Source: Trichosphaerium sp. ATCC 40318 (Eukaryota > Protista > Tubulinea). Taken from it: a stretch of DNA of 64,000 bases. Below, one piece after another: positions 13,762 through 28,600 of this stretch. The notes under the pieces are model-generated. The model searched no databases and had not been told where the DNA came from. It worked only from the letters and a program-made list of their open reading frames with translations. Each line of letters starts with the position of its first letter. Position 1 is the stretch's first letter. The position numbers and the translations under genes were made by a program. The stretch covers positions 124,001-188,000 of the forward strand of contig JALMLS010000471.1 of assembly GCA_038496445.1 (NCBI GenBank). The letters are read 5' to 3'.

Positions 13762-14526
13762 ATGATGAACGTACCTAATGAAGTTTGGTATGCTATAATA
13801 CACACTATAGATGATAAAGAAACACTATTGGCTTCAGAAAAAGCTTGTACAGTCTTCTACGATGCTTCCAATTGCAGCTCTTTTTGGCAAAAGCACTTTT
13901 TCGAAAAAAGAGAGAAATCAACTCTTTTTTGGTCACTGCCTACAGCTAAACCCAACAAAGACGAAACATGGCGTGGATTATTTATTAGAACAAATAAAAC
14001 CGAATGTGTTAAAAGATACAGCAATGCTCATGGACTTACACGTATTCCAATTGAACAAAAGGACATGCCATATTTTTTTCAGGCATATGAACTCATTCTG
14101 CCTTTCAACCATCGAGTAAACTTTACCTATATGGAAGTATATAGTTTTTCCTATGCCAATGGACAACTAATGGATTCATTAACACACCTGACAATCGTGG
14201 TATTGTCACTACGAGCAAAAAAAAAGTGTTCAAAATTGACAATCGATTCAACTTTACAAGATATAACAATAGCTTATAAAGAATATCACGATGAAATAGT
14301 ACCTGCACTTCACTTAATTTTAAAGGCGTTTGAAAGGAAAAGAGGCAATTCACGTGGTACAAACTGTGAGAAACAATCCTTGTTCGAAACAGGATATCAT
14401 ATATTTATCGCAATATTAAGAAGTTTGTTCCCAACTACAATCTTTGGTAGTGATGTTGTTCTTGATGATTTTTCTGAGTATGCGATTGTACCTATACCGG
14501 AATTGATACCCCTCTCAAAGCCATAG
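13762..14526 (+). CDS. Intronless F-box protein
   Basis: 'VPNEVWYAIIHTIDDKETLLASEKACTVFYDASNCSSFWQKHF' F-box-like N-terminus; 254-aa ORF. Confidence 0.7.
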   Translation: MMNVPNEVWYAIIHTIDDKETLLASEKACTVFYDASNCSSFWQKHFFEKREKSTLFWSLPTAKPNKDETWRGLFIRTNKTECVKRYSNAHGLTRIPIEQKDMPYFFQAYELILPFNHRVNFTYMEVYSFSYANGQLMDSLTHLTIVVLSLRAKKKCSKLTIDSTLQDITIAYKEYHDEIVPALHLILKAFERKRGNSRGTNCEKQSLFETGYHIFIAILRSLFPTTIFGSDVVLDDFSEYAIVPIPELIPLSKP

Positions 14527-15000
14527 ATGATAAACCATTTTCTGAACATAAAGAGAAGAAGTTGTAGAAATAAAAACCAATAACATTTATTCACATGCAC
14601 TAAGTACCACAAGTACTGTTATTAGCAGTTACCAGCAAGAAAGTTCACTATTTAGCAGCTAATTTTGTTTCACAACGGATTTAAAACAGAGCACCAAAAA
14701 CGTGAAGCTACGAACTTCAGCCCAAAGTGTTAAAGGCATTTGAACCCTTCCCATCCTTTGAAGAATAAATAAAGAAGTAGCAATCCTGTGGCTTACATCT
14801 TCTTTTTACTGTTTACCCACAAATAATCCTTATTACAATGATATATATAAGGAAGTATGGTTTATTTAGATACAAGTTATTATGGCTTCTCTTTTAGGGT
14901 TTATTTTCGATCATTTCAGATATTTGAAAAGGAGTTTTAATAAAATCCTTTGATGGTCCTCCCTACGCAACAGTGTTATTCTCCACAGGGACTATAGACT

Positions 15001-18000
15001 TTATTTGTCTTTTCTTTGGTTGATTGAAGCTCTTAGCAAGGTTTGTTCTCTTTGTGTGGTTGAGTTTCTACAAAGAGTTAAAAGACATCCTGAGGAATAC
15101 AGGCTTTTTTTTTGAACAAGAAGACATACTTGTTGAGTGTCGTATAAGACTTTCTGTGTTGATATAGTTCCTATCCATTCATCTCTTAGTTTTTTATTTG
15201 GTGTATGAAATACTTCAACTGCATGACCACTAAAGTTGGACAGGCAAAGACCATGCACTATACAATACTTAGTATTTTAAATTTGTTTTTTTACGGAATT
15301 AAAATTGTTTTGGGTTGCGTACTGTAGTCTTTGTTCGTTCTGGTATTCAGGGCAGATGTCTCTTTCATACTATAATTTACGTCAATAGTTGTTACAAGGG
15401 GAAAAGACAAAAAAGTATTGGACGAGGAGTGAAATTACTATCTCTCTAAAATGTTGGCTAAATTGCCATTTTTTGAAAGACTGTACCGACTGGTAGTACG
15501 TCAGTTTTTGTAAAAAAAAATTGATTTAAAGTATCCTCTGCTTTTGTAAATGAAGTCATGACCTTGAGGTACAAGATATTCTTACTGAGGTGTTTCAAGG
15601 AAAATGTTCTAAAATACCAAAAGAGTTTTTTTTTTTTCAAAATCACGTGCTTATGAAGCGCCAGTCGACTTTTTTCTACCAATAGATCTTTCCCACGACG
15701 TGTTCCCCATACAATCAGGTCGTTAAATAAAATTAATGTACACTATAATCCTAATATTAGAAACGGAATTCAAAGGAAGAAAAAAATAATAAGATACAGT
15801 GCTGTTTTTGACGAAGTTTGTACCTCTGAAAATTCATCTAAGTTGTGTTTTTTCCTTTTTTTGTTTCCTTTTATCTCCTTTACTACTTTAGAATTCATAA
15901 AGAACTGTGCTTCTGAAATATAATATCGGCCAAGGTTCAAGAACGACTTTGTCTAAAAATTTGCTTCAGAAAAAAAAGATTGCACGTAATCACATAAAAT
16001 GTGCTTAATCACGTTCTTGTCACGTGATAACCCAAATTTACCTTTGGTACAAATCGTTCGTATATACTTTGAACCATCTCCTTAGCATCATGCTCTCGTT
16101 TCTTTTCGTTAATGTACTCAGCAATTTCAGATACAGCAGAAAACGCGTTTTCAAGTGCAGTATGATGTTCACTTGGCTTTGGTGTATGCTTTAAAATCTC
16201 CTTAAGGGATTCAATGAGATCAATAAATATTTAATAATATAGCGGGTACTTGTAGTAGTAATGTGTATCGAGGAATCCGCTACATGAATGTCAGAAGAGG
16301 CGCCAACGGAAGTTAAAACAAAAAAATTTAAAAAAAATTTCGCAACAAACGTTTATATTATCCATAAATAATGTATCAGTACTAATACTTACTTGAACAG
16401 GTTGTATTAAAAAATCCTTGATATCTTTTTTTTTCGCTCTGGGTTCTCTCTTGGAGTTCTAATCAAAAAAGAGTTAAGCTGATGAGTTAAAAAAAAAAGA
16501 AAAAAATAACTTGTTTGTATGTACCGCAATGAAATCCCTAAAAAACGTATTCTTGGTCAAAGATTGTCCCAAAGCTGCATCTGCGCGATCAAAGTGATTA
16601 ACATAATCAATATATAACTTCATAGAAGGAACCTACAGTTCAATCAATACTAAACTAAAACGTCGAAAAAAAAAGACCGAATAATTCCTATCAAGGTTTT
16701 TGATTTTACGTCGCGCAATAACGTACATAACGAGCAAAAATGGCAGGAACACGTTTCTCTAAGTCATGATCACTATGTGCTGCCGACATATCATAAAGTA
16801 ATCCCTTATTCAAGGAGTATATTGGTTCAAACCCATAAAATATCGTTTCGACAGTATCATCAGAAATAGACCTTGGGCCAACCCCTGGGAAATGTTTCGC
16901 GGCTAAATTGTAACTAAATAAGTGCACGTGTGCCTAATCCATACATACCCTTTAACGGGAGATAGTATAACTATAAATCAAGTGAGAACAAAATTGTATT
17001 TTCCTCAAACAAAAAAAACAATAAAATAATTTTGTTTAAGTTGAAAAAAAAAGGCCTTACCTCTCTCAGTAGCGTCAAATCATTAAAATAAGTCGTCTCT
17101 GTCTTTAATAACTCTGATAATATTTGTTTCCTCTTATCAGCATCTCTAATTTTAACATCAATACGCAATGCTTAACCCTCTAAGGTGAAGAATAACTTTG
17201 AAAAAAAAAACGTTACAAACTGCACACAAATGATCATACTTTTGTTTTTCTTCTTCAGTTTGAGGGTTTGGAACAACTTTTGATGCTCTTGTCGGATTGA
17301 TACTAGTTCTCATTGTAACATTGCTTGAACGCCCTCTGCTCTTTCTTAAGCCACCCTGCTTCCGTGCAGAATTCGCAGTTAATGATTCTTCATCTTTTTT
17401 ATCCTCACCTTTTACAAGCGCGACTAACTGCTTTGCTATAATAAATACTCGACGCATTGATACCTAAAGTACATTAAAAGAATATACACAACCAATACAA
17501 CAATAGATTACGTGCCCCACACGTTTCCCTTTTGAAAAAAAAAATCAAAAAAAAAAAAAAAAGCAGAAAATCGATATTGTTTTGACGGTTTTATTCATCA
17601 CGTGATTTATCACGTGGTATGGGTATAGTTTTTAAAAAATAATAATATCACTGTACGTCAAGAATTTGTGAGCTGTCTGGTGTTGCGACGCTAGCTGTAG
17701 CAAATAATCGCTCTCTACTCCGTTGTATTATACGAATCGTAGTTTGCTTTAAAAACTCTCAGCAAAGTGAATACACTACAAAAAAAAAAAACTTGGTTTC
17801 GTACTCTAAGGTTTGTTTCAAGTCTTGAAGCATCACTTCTAGCATAGTTAGCATCTATACCCTTCATCCTATGGCTTAGATTCTGAAATTGCTTTAAATA
17901 ATCTGCTGCTTCTTTTGCTGTTTTAATAACAGTGGTCTTAGCATCTTCTTCAGGTTCTGTTGATATCGTTATTTGGTACAGCTTGTTCGTTAGCGTTATT

Positions 18001-18083
18001 AATCTATGTATACACTTTAAGAATTGCCCTCTAGCATCGCTAGTGGGTGGTTGACGAATTGGAGATGGTTCAAAGCTCGCCAT
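15001..18083 (-). CDS. RhoGEF (DH-PH domain protein), multi-exon
   Basis: DH motifs 'RKQILSELLKTETTYFNDL', 'KDFLIQPVQ-RIPRY', 'ILKHTP...LENAFSAVSEIAEYINEKKRE'; PH end 'TPNKKLRDEWIGTI'. Confidence 0.9.
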
Positions 18084-18584
18084 GACGGGTTACACCCACG
18101 TGGGGGCAGGAATGATTATGAAGAACATTTTTACGTTGAACCAAAACGACAATAGCAACACGACCTCGATGCTCATGGCAACGTATAAGGGCCTTGTAAT
18201 ACTACTACGTTGAATATCACGCATGAGTGCTAGTAGATCTTTTTAAACACCTGTAGGAGCCATAAAATACGTAATCTCCGCTACAAAACAGCGAACTACT
18301 TATTTCTAAAATAGGCTCAAGCACGTGTCATAAGTGACAAAAAAGAATGCGCTAGAACGCTAGTTAGCGATTGGACACCTCGTTAATACATCTCCAAACA
18401 AATTACGGCATATATACAGCGTACAACCGCGTGTTCTTTACGCAAGTGAAAAAAAGCGGAAAAACTGTTTGACAAGCCATTTTATCTTTAATTGTTTTTT
18501 TACATGGGTAAAAGACTATTTTCATGGTACAGTAACGTAAATGCACCGCAAAGGCGCTGAATAAAAAAATTCTTCAATTTGCGA

Positions 18585-19958
18585 TTACTCATCGTGTATC
18601 GCCTGGTTTAATACTCCAAATGGTTTAAACACCCATGTGTGTTGTCTAGCATAAAGTGTTAATCAATTACAACAACTACATTCCAAACAAAAAGAAAATG
18701 CCTTTTAGGCTTGCAAAACCACGTTTAGTACGTACCCAATCTCTCTCACGTTGCCCCACGAAGGCTTTAGGTTCAGTAGTGCCTTGTTTTGTAAAGTCCT
18801 TATCAGCATAAATAAGTTGGTACATAGCCTCCCTAACGTTAGGGTACACCACGTCATGAATAAACTGAAGTTCTAGAGGTGGGAACTTGTTGTATAAGAA
18901 TAATTTGTCCCAATGATGTTCATACATCTCTAAAGTGACTCGTTAACGAACAGAAGAACCAGAAGACAAGAAAGAAGTGGCAATCGGCCTGTTTGAAAGA
19001 ATGACGAGAGAAAAAAAAAGAAGCACGTAAACGGAAGGCTTCTACGTACGGTAAGAGTCCATTACGTGATCTGGGTTTAGATGGTTTTTACCTTGACCAA
19101 CGCCAATATTCAAGTAAACAACACCCTATCAGAACAGTGTTTAATGGAAAAAGTGTCAAATGAAGAAATGTTTTCAAAAACACTTCTAGATGCGCTTACG
19201 TCTTTACCAAATGCCCCACCAGTATCGCTACGCTCAGCACGAGCCTGTAGGGACTTATTGACGTGTCTAAGTAAAAAAAAACGTTATTAGCTTGAACACC
19301 TTCTGTTTGAAGATCTAGCGCTTACGTTGTGCCGTTAGAAATGAGTACTTCGCCAAGAGGTATGCTGTGATCATGTACAAGCCAGACATTTCTTGATTTT
19401 GTTTGATCTGAGTATTTTGAAAAAGCGCCTCTATGAGTTCTCTCTAAATCTCTCATCGAGTGGTACATTGAACGCGACTAGTGAAATTAGAGAAAGGCAA
19501 TTATCGTTGTATGGTCCTGTTGAAGGCCTGGGAACGCTTTTAACTTGTTTTTTATACGTACAAGCACATAGTCGGGTGTTTCAGCGTATTGAAGGCAATT
19601 CTTTTGGTCGTCAACCCAAGAGAGGTTGTGGTCCCTATGGAAGTTATATTATAGCGTTGGATGTGCTACAAACGCACTTTGTGAAGAGATCAGCAACATA
19701 GTGCCCAATACTATGGCGCGAGCGTGGGTATACATAAGAGCCTATTCCAATAAACTAATATGACTAGTAAGCTCCCAACGTTTTCTATAAACTTACGCAA
19801 ACACGGGTTCTAGCACCAACTTTCAATGGATAACGCGCATGCGGGTGTGGGATAGTACGTGCAATATTGATGTACTTTGGAATTGATTTCAAAGCACCTG
19901 GAGGTGCTGGTGGTTGATTGTCCAACATCGAGTTTCTAAGTATACGAGAAACACGCAT
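18585..19958 (-). CDS. Divergent peptidyl-tRNA hydrolase (Pth1-family) homologue, possibly mitochondrial; multi-exon, missed by ORF track
   Basis: Spliced translation gives 'FIGIGSYVYPRSRHSIGHYVADLF', 'VWLVHDHSIPLGEV', 'YLNIGVG', 'FLYNKFPPLELQFI', colinear with Pth motifs; basic N-terminus MRVSRILRNS; 3' end uncertain. Confidence 0.7.
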
Positions 19959-20117
19959 GGTGAGCTATTGGTGAATACCGACAAGAAATACATTTGTTGA
20001 CTTTTCTGACACAGCAAAACGTGTATTTAACACAGCCAGTCAGCATTTTACGACGGTACATATTCGTATCACGTAGTACAAAGCACGCGGCGCTCTATAA
20101 ATTTTAAAACCAATAAA

Positions 20118-23100
20118 ATGCGCCCAGCAATGCTTTCACAGTATATTATTGCTGTTTCCCTTGTTTTCCTAGTTGCCTTGCCCTCATGTCTTGGTAATGA
20201 CGCTGTACACTGCAGGTACGCGTAAACGCATTTTCTCGCTTACTTAGACGTCTAGTGGATTTGTCAGACCTTCTAAAGATGTACAAGCGTACGTTTTGTT
20301 AAACTTTACAAAACCTCATCTAAAACTAGCGCCTTGAGCGAGAAAATTGACTTCTCGACTGTTCAAGTACATTTGAAAACGTTATTGGGAAAAATCAAGT
20401 ATTCAACTGAGTGTGCGCCTAATGGGTATTACATAATCCCTGTATACGACAGTGGCGATTACACAATAGAAGTAGAGTCTGAAGGGTGGAATTTTGGTAC
20501 GTGGCGTTGCTCATCTCAATATATCCTGAAACGTTATTTCTCGCGTAAAAACAAACGCATACATCATTGCAGACTTTAATTATCAAGTATTGTTTGCTCC
20601 GCTCTTATTTTTTTAATATAGAGCCAAACACTATGAAAATCGTAGTAGATGATACATGTAATGATGGCAAGCAAGCTAACTTTAAGCTCAACGGATTTTT
20701 CCTCCAAGGTTCCTTATCTCACGACTCAGCAACATGCAAAAACACTGTACGGAGACTTACTGACATGATCAATTGTATTCAACGCGTTTTTACTGTCGGC
20801 TAAGCTCGTGTTGTCCCTTTTTTTTTAAAATGAATCAAAACCTCTAAAAATGCTTTAGAAAGGTGCTTTGGCTGATGTATCAACTCAATTCAACCTTAAA
20901 AAGGATAACAAAGTTCTACAAACAGTGAACGTCAAAGAATCCGGTGAATTCGTTTTTAGCGACGTAGCGCCAGGCAAATACGTTGTTGAGGCTTCTCATC
21001 CTACCTACGCCTTTGAAAAATCAACCATGGCTGTCACTCAAGACGTTGGAAGACAGACTATCGGTGGTTTTAAGATTACAGGATACCGTGTATCAGGACG
21101 TGTTCAAGAGTCTGGTAAACCAGTATCTAATGTCAATTTCCTTCTGTACACAAAAGAGAAAGGAAGAAAAGTATCTTGTACGCCTAAATTGGGTAAAACA
21201 GGTCTACCTTCTGATCTACCACCTTCACCTGCATGCCGTGCTGTTTCAGGAAGTGATGGTACATTTTCTTTTGAAAGTGTTCCTTGTGGATCGTATTCTA
21301 TCATCCCATACTACAAAGGTACTTTGAGAGTTGCTTTTTTTTTTTTTGGATTTTGGTGCGAAGTTTGTTGTTGACCTTTTATTGTGTTAGGTGATAGCAC
21401 TACATTTGATGTAGTACCAAAAAATCTTGTTATTAATGTTGATAAAAAGTCTGTTGCTATTGAAGATGACTTTAAAGTTGAAGGGTATGACTAAGAAGTA
21501 ATTTTTTTACATTTTTTTTTGATGCATTTCGAAAAAAAGTTTTTTGCTTCGCTTTGCCGTGTCTTCGTTTGGGTTCTTTGTGTTGTTTGTGTTTACTCTT
21601 GTTAATAGATTTTCTGTCACTGGTGTTGTATTAGATAATGATGGAAATGGTGTATCAGGTGTTAAAGTATCTCTATCTGGTGCACACAACGCTGTCACTA
21701 ATGATAACGGGTAGGTTAAAATACCTTTTTACCTTTTTTATTGGCTATTCAAGAATAGCTTTAGTACCTCATATTTTGGTACATAAAATTGTGTTCTAAC
21801 GTGTGAGTAGTGAATACAGACTTGAGAAGGTATCTTCAGGAAACTACGATCTCACTGGAAGGTATTAAATCTCAATTTCTTCAAAAAACACTAAAATGCT
21901 GACTCTTTTTACCTTTTTAGCAAATCCAACTATGAGTTCGCTGAGATAACTGATATTTTTGTCTCACCAAATAATCCTACTCCTCCAGCACTTCGTGTAG
22001 TAGAATATAAACTATGTGGACGTGTCAAGATCAAACAAGCGCCATCAACAGTAGAGAGCAATAATCGTATTGTTACTCTTTTGAACCTTACTTCTCCAAA
22101 TCAAGACCAACAATTTCACTCTACAACTGATCCACATGGATACTATTGTTTCTCTGTGCCACCAGGCAGATATCAACTTCGTCCGATTATTGCAAAGGCC
22201 GAGAAAGAATCAGGACTTTTGTTGACAGCAACAACTTTGACTGTTGAAGTCACAAACAAACCTGTACTTAACGCCGACTTTGAGCAATCTCTACTTGGTG
22301 TTAGTGGTACTGTTGAATGTATCGAAGCGCCATGTGATCCAACTATATCTCTCAGCCTTCAAATGGTTGACAAAGATGTCGACTCTCGGTACTTACTTTT
22401 CTGTCAACTTTTTTTTGATTAATTTTTATTTAGTGTAATTACTGGATTGAGTCCTGCTCTTGAAGGTAGCAGCAAAGTTTCTTACTTTACTTTCAAGGTA
22501 TGATAATTTACAAATCACGATGTTTGAAATCAATTATCACGTGATCTAACTTTTTTATAAAAGGATGTATTGCCTGGAACATATGTTGTAAAAGTAAACC
22601 AAAAATCATGGTGTTGGAAAAAAGAACAGATTCAAGTTGTCGTCAAGGATAATGATGTAACAAACTTATCTTTCCAACAAACTGGTTATGTACTATCTAT
22701 CACTTCTCCACAAGATGTTAGCATGGTATCAACAGTACAAGATCAACCTGATGCAAAGGAGAAAAAGAGCATCAAAAAGTATGTTGATTTTGGGATTTTA
22801 CTCCTGACTCCTAACTCGACTCCTAACTCACGCTTTCTTTTTTTAGAGGACTCAACAAAGAGTGTTTGGCTAGACCTGGTATTTACAAGCTCAAACCTGA
22901 GGGTTGCTACAAGTTCCAAAAGGATGACTTCACATACGATACAACGGATCCTAGACCAATTTCTTTGGTAGTAAAAGCATACAAGGTAACAGCAGCAAAG
23001 AAATTGTCTTTTTACACTCCAAAGTGAGCTTTCCCGTGAGACCAATTCTTTTAAAGATAACATGACCTTTTGTCAATAAGGAACAAGGCCCAAAATAGAC

Positions 23101-25594
23101 ACCATCTCGCATGTCTTGAATGAACACGTAACTTTTTTTTTTGGTTTCTTTTTTTTTTTGGAAAAGAAAAAATTATACGACGGCTTTTTCACGTTACTGT
23201 TTCTTTCTTTTTCTTTTGCTGTTACTTGAACTTCATAACCAGTATGGTCTTATTGTGGACTAACCTTTATCTACACAAACGTTATGACCTGCAAGTATAC
23301 TAACTATGAATAGGTTGTTGGACATATCTTAGCTTCAGAGAAGAGTAAAGTGCCAATGACTGTCGATATTTACGATTTAAAGGGTAGTGATAAGGATATA
23401 TCCGATGAATCTGTTCCTACTACAGTAGGTGTTACATATTCATCAAAAAAAGGAGATAGCTTCAAATATACATACACATTCTGGGCTTCTCTAAATGATA
23501 AGAAATTGGTTGTTCCAAAGCACAAAACGTTCTTCTTTTATCCAAGAAACACAAGCATTGTCGTTGATAAAGAGTCATGCCCTGAACCTCTTACACCTAC
23601 TGAAGCACGTCCTGGTCTTTATCTAACTGGTAAGATCATACCAGCGCTCAAGGACGTTAAGATCGATACATTCATATCTGATACTGAAGATCGTATTGCT
23701 GATACTGTAACAAGTGGTGAAGACGGTAAATATACTGTTGGACCTTTGTATGATGATAAAGAGTATACTGTTATTGCAACAAAGCCTGGGTACGACTTGA
23801 AACTCGACAAGAACAGGAACTTTATTGCATCCAAGCTAGCAAGTGTTTCCGTCAAGGTAAGTCATAAACTTCTTCACTTTTTTTTTATTTAACTTTCGAA
23901 GTCATTGTCCTCGTTGTGCTTATGTTTGTTTTCTTTAGATTACAGAGGGTTCAGAACCTCTTGTAGGTGTATTAGTTTCTCTGAGTAGTGAGGATTACAG
24001 TAAGAATAGTAAAACTGATGAAACAGGAACAGCATTTTTTGGTGATCTTGTTCCTAATGATTATTACATTGCACCTGTATTGAAGGAGTATTTATTCACT
24101 CCTAAAGGAAAGGTACGTAATTTCTTTCATGTTCCATGGGTTTCAGAAGTAAACCTGCGGCATAAAGAATGGTGTCTTGTTTCGTTCATTTTTTTTTTCA
24201 ATACCAAATACTTCATTTTCTTCTCGCTTATGTGATGTAGTCTGTTGATATTCAAGCTGGTCAAGATAGTGTAACAACTTTATCTGCTGAGCGTGTTGCA
24301 TACAGTTGCTTTGGAAAGATCAGATCTTTGAATGGTGCAGCTGAGAAACGTGTACGGAATGAAACAAAAAAACTTGGATGGTAACTGTTTTGCTGATTTT
24401 TCTTGTTCTTTTTTAGGTTGTTGTTGCTGCTATTGGAACAAGCGATACTTCACTCTATGAAGAGACAGTCACTGACAATAACGGAACATATCGTATCCGT
24501 GGTTTGATGCCTGGTGAAACATACGATATACAGATTTCTCCTTCTGTTAAACAAGTAGGTCTTTTTCTCTTTTTTTCTTTTTTTCTATTCAAGTTTTTCT
24601 TCGATGAGTCTGTCATTTCGTGTTTAATGGTAATCCTTTTTTAGATTGAAAGAGCACAACCTAGTAAAAAAGAGGTTGTTGTATCAAAGGAGGATATAAT
24701 GGATGTAGATTTTATTGCTTTTAGAAGAGTTAATAAGTATGATATCTCAGGACGTGTTTTCTTGAAGAATTATACTGCACGTCGAAGAAAAGATAATATT
24801 TGGGGTCAAGGTGAACATCTAGATTCTATCAAAGTAGAGCTCTATAATAAAGATCAACAAGAGACTGTTGCTACTATTGATTTGGGACCATCAAACTACT
24901 TTCAGTTCACGTACGCCTATAGTGTTTTATGTTTTGATTTTTTTTCTTCCTCCAAGAAGTCTTCGTTTTTCAATTCTTTCTAAAGCTTGCTTTCACCTAC
25001 AATGCCATGTAAACATCTGGTAATGAGAATAATTTTTATGAAACTTTGAATTTTATCTAACCAAATCACGTGTCAAGAAAAATATCGCCGTGAAAAGCCA
25101 AGCCGGACTTTTTTTTTTTTTTTTTTACCTTCTTTTGTTCTTCTCTTATAATTTCTGTTGTAGTGCGCTTTCACCAAAAAAATATATTGTTCGTGTGACT
25201 TCATCATTATCAAAAATGCTTTATAATCACAGCAGTGTTGATATCCAAATTGATGATCCAGAATGGCCAAGAACACATAATGATATCAACTTTTGGCTTG
25301 AACCTGTTGATACAGACCAAGAAATACCAACACAATCTTTATTTGGTGTTGTGTTTATTACATTCATCGGATTAGCATTCCTATCAGGACTCAATTTTTC
25401 AAAGGTAACCTCCAAAGCCCTAATTGGTCTTTTTTTTTTTTCCTTCATTCACTTTCTGTTTTTTTTCTTACAAACTTTCTCATCTTTAGGCTGCATCTAT
25501 TCTTGGTAGTGGATTATGGCCAATATGGGGACAAGTAATGCGTTTATACAGGAATATTACAGGACAAAGAAGAAGGAGAAAAGGAAGGAGATAA
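20118..25594 (+). CDS. NOMO: Nodal modulator (NOMO) ER membrane protein, many exons
   Basis: Signal peptide; 'KYSTECAPNGYYIIPVYDSGDY', 'SGSDGTFSFESVPCGSYSIIPYY', 'DPHGYYCF', 'WCWKKEQI', 'GKYTVGPLYDDKEY'; C-terminal TM and basic tail 'QRRRRKGRR'. Confidence 0.93.
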
Positions 25595-25677
25595 ACAAAA
25601 AAAACACGTGATATGAAAAATAAAAAAAAAATGTCAAAAAAACCCCTGTTGTAATAGTAACCTCCCTATTCTTTTCG

Positions 25678-28600
25678 GTGACAGGTAATATGTCAACTTC
25701 TGTCAATTTTTTTTTGTCAACTTTCTGTGAACCTGTTCTCAACCTCTTCAGCTGTTTTTTTATTATTAACAAAGCATATCCTGCGAAGCGCATATATATG
25801 CTTAGGTTGAAAGACCTTTAATATTACGTTTCATGAAATACCTACAGTAATAATTGCTGACACAAAAAGTTGACAGAAAGTTGACCAAAAAATCAGTAAG
25901 TAGTTGGTAGAAATGAAGCCCTGAACCACAACTAAGCTATTTAAAAACAAACCAAGAACTTCACCGTTTATATATATACTACAGGCGTCTCATCAGCTAC
26001 AAGTAAACGCCACAATAGAGGAGGAAATGAAGTTTATTAAAGTTTGGTAGCAAGGTATTTTTTCATTGATTTTTTTTTGATTATGATTGTTTTATTCTTT
26101 CGAAGCTATGAGCAAAGTTAATAGCTTAAATTTACCAAGATTCTAACCTTTAATGGCACTGTAAGGCGTTGGTTATGTTGAAGGCGTTGTTTTTTTTCTT
26201 TTTGGATTCTTTTAGCTTCTTTAGCTTCTCTTGCAGCTTTTTGTTGTGCTTTTAATTTTAGCAGCGGAGTATTAAGCCGTTTCACTAAACAACATTATAA
26301 GCAAAAATTAATGTAGCATTAGCACATGCACCGCTTTCTGATTTTCTCAGCTTGCTCTTTGTGCCTCTTCTCTGTGACAGCTTTGGGAGTGCCAACAGGT
26401 ATTCCTTCTACTGTACGCATGCCATCCTTTAAGCTGCACTTTGCATAGTTTGCCAGAGAAGAAAACACAACATCACAAGCTCGCTTAGTAGTACCCTCAA
26501 ATGTTAACACATTCTTGACATCGCAGTTGTTGCCCTCACTGATATTATTCGTTCGACAGTGCTCCCAAGGCGTATTCTTAACAGTCCAAAGAGCCCAAGT
26601 AGATGGAGGAGAGCTAGTAAAAAAAAAAGTTTAAAACGAAAAGTAAGGAAAAAATAAGAAAAAGGTTGTGGTATGAATTATGTAGTGTACTCGGTTATTT
26701 CGTTTGCAACCTCAATGTAAGTATTAGCTAAGTATTTAATAAATTGTTTGCAGTCATCGCTCTTCTCAATCACTTCTTTTTTAAAGGCGTGCCATTTACG
26801 ATAGAATGCTTTCTCATTTTTTTCGTATATCAGCTCAGAAGAAACAAGCTTACACCATCTATTCTCTTCTTCACGCCCTTCTTTTTTCAATCCTAGCCTT
26901 GCTCGCCTTCGTCTATGAGCTTCTGCTATATGGTAAATACACTGGGCTATTTTTAAGGGTCCCAGTACATTTGTAGCGGCTAAACAAATATTACTAGTTG
27001 TAAAACAAATGTTGGCAAAAAAAGTACCTCTTTTCATGTTTGTCTCTCCGTCAGTCATCAAACGCTCAAAAGGAGCACCACATACACTCTTTAGGTGCAT
27101 AAACGCGTATTCATACTCTGCCAGTGTTTTATTCTTCATAATGGCGAAGCTAATACAAGTTCCTTTGGTGTAGTGTTCACCAACAGCCTTTACCCAAAAA
27201 AACAAAACCTAAAGTAAAATATATGAGCTAAAAAATCTTGTTTACTTTTACTACACGTACTTGAGCGTTAATATCCGCAATGCCAAAGGTGCCATCAACA
27301 AAGAGGACACTGGTATCAAGGTTGCGTATTTTTTTGTCACAATCTGGCTCGACAAATGATATTACATCATTTGTGGCTTGAACAATTCTAGATGATTCAG
27401 GGTACATCATCCGAATGTTTGAGTAAACCTGTGGGCATGTTAATCCAAGCATAATAAAAAACCAATACCTCATGGTGCATATCCTTTTCGTGGTGCACTC
27501 TACGCGCCAGGTATGCCATGTTATTAGCGTTAGGTACCTCATAGCCATTAAGAGGATCTTTAGATTCATCTTGTAAAAAAGCTTTATACTAGTACATAAA
27601 AACAATTGGTGATAGATGCTGATGTCATTTTTCGTACCACACTTCGTTTTGGTATTTTGCATGCCAGATCTTTTTTAATGCTAGTTTTTGCGCCAGTTCC
27701 AAGTTTTAATTTATGAACGGGAATAGGGAGGCACTGTAGAGAATGCCCTAACAATTTTGGTTATTTTAAACTTCAATTAAACTGTTGTTGTTTATAGTAC
27801 CTTCTGTTTGTCTGATATCCAACACTTGAGCATGTTCAGCGTCTTTACCAGCTCTTGAGACAATCTGTAACTTAGCTGTACAAATCCCGCGTCTTTTGCA
27901 ACGGTAATACCATGTAATCCCTTTGTGTGTGTTTGCATGGCGTATGTGACTATATTGTCGAGCCCACTTTTTCTCTTTTGAACAATAAAAAACAGGGTTG
28001 TTTCCTTGGTTCCATGCAAGCAGCTTGACATTACCTATTGATGGTATTGCTGGCCGTAATGGTGGCTCATTAGCGTCCAACATCAAACACAAATAGTAAG
28101 TATGGCTTGTTAAGTGATGTAGGATCTTTCAAACGCTCATAACACAATGTTCAAGGCTGTGTATACACTTCTTGAAGTTGTTTACAGATTTTTGTTATAC
28201 TTACCTCCCATGTTACAAAAAAGTAACTATTGATATCTCATGGTATGTTAGAAGCACTGTAGACATATTTCACCAATTGTAAAAAAGTATGGGGCAAAAT
28301 CAAAAGATAATAAAGTAAACCATCTCGCAAGTACCTACACTATGCTTTTCTACGCGCAAAAACTCTCTTACAGTACAATATGCTGCTGTTGTGAAATAAA
28401 AACCTTAAACGGGTTAAAAATTTGCAAAATGCATCACTATGTACTGTTTAAGGTGTAGTAGTACATACCATGTGAGATACGTGTAAAACCACATGGTACA
28501 TTTAAAGCAAAAAAAAAACCCAACACGTGTTTTTTCTAAATCGGGCATCACTTTGTATTTTCAACTCAAATACGTTGTTTCTGGCTGTGCGTGCTGAAAA

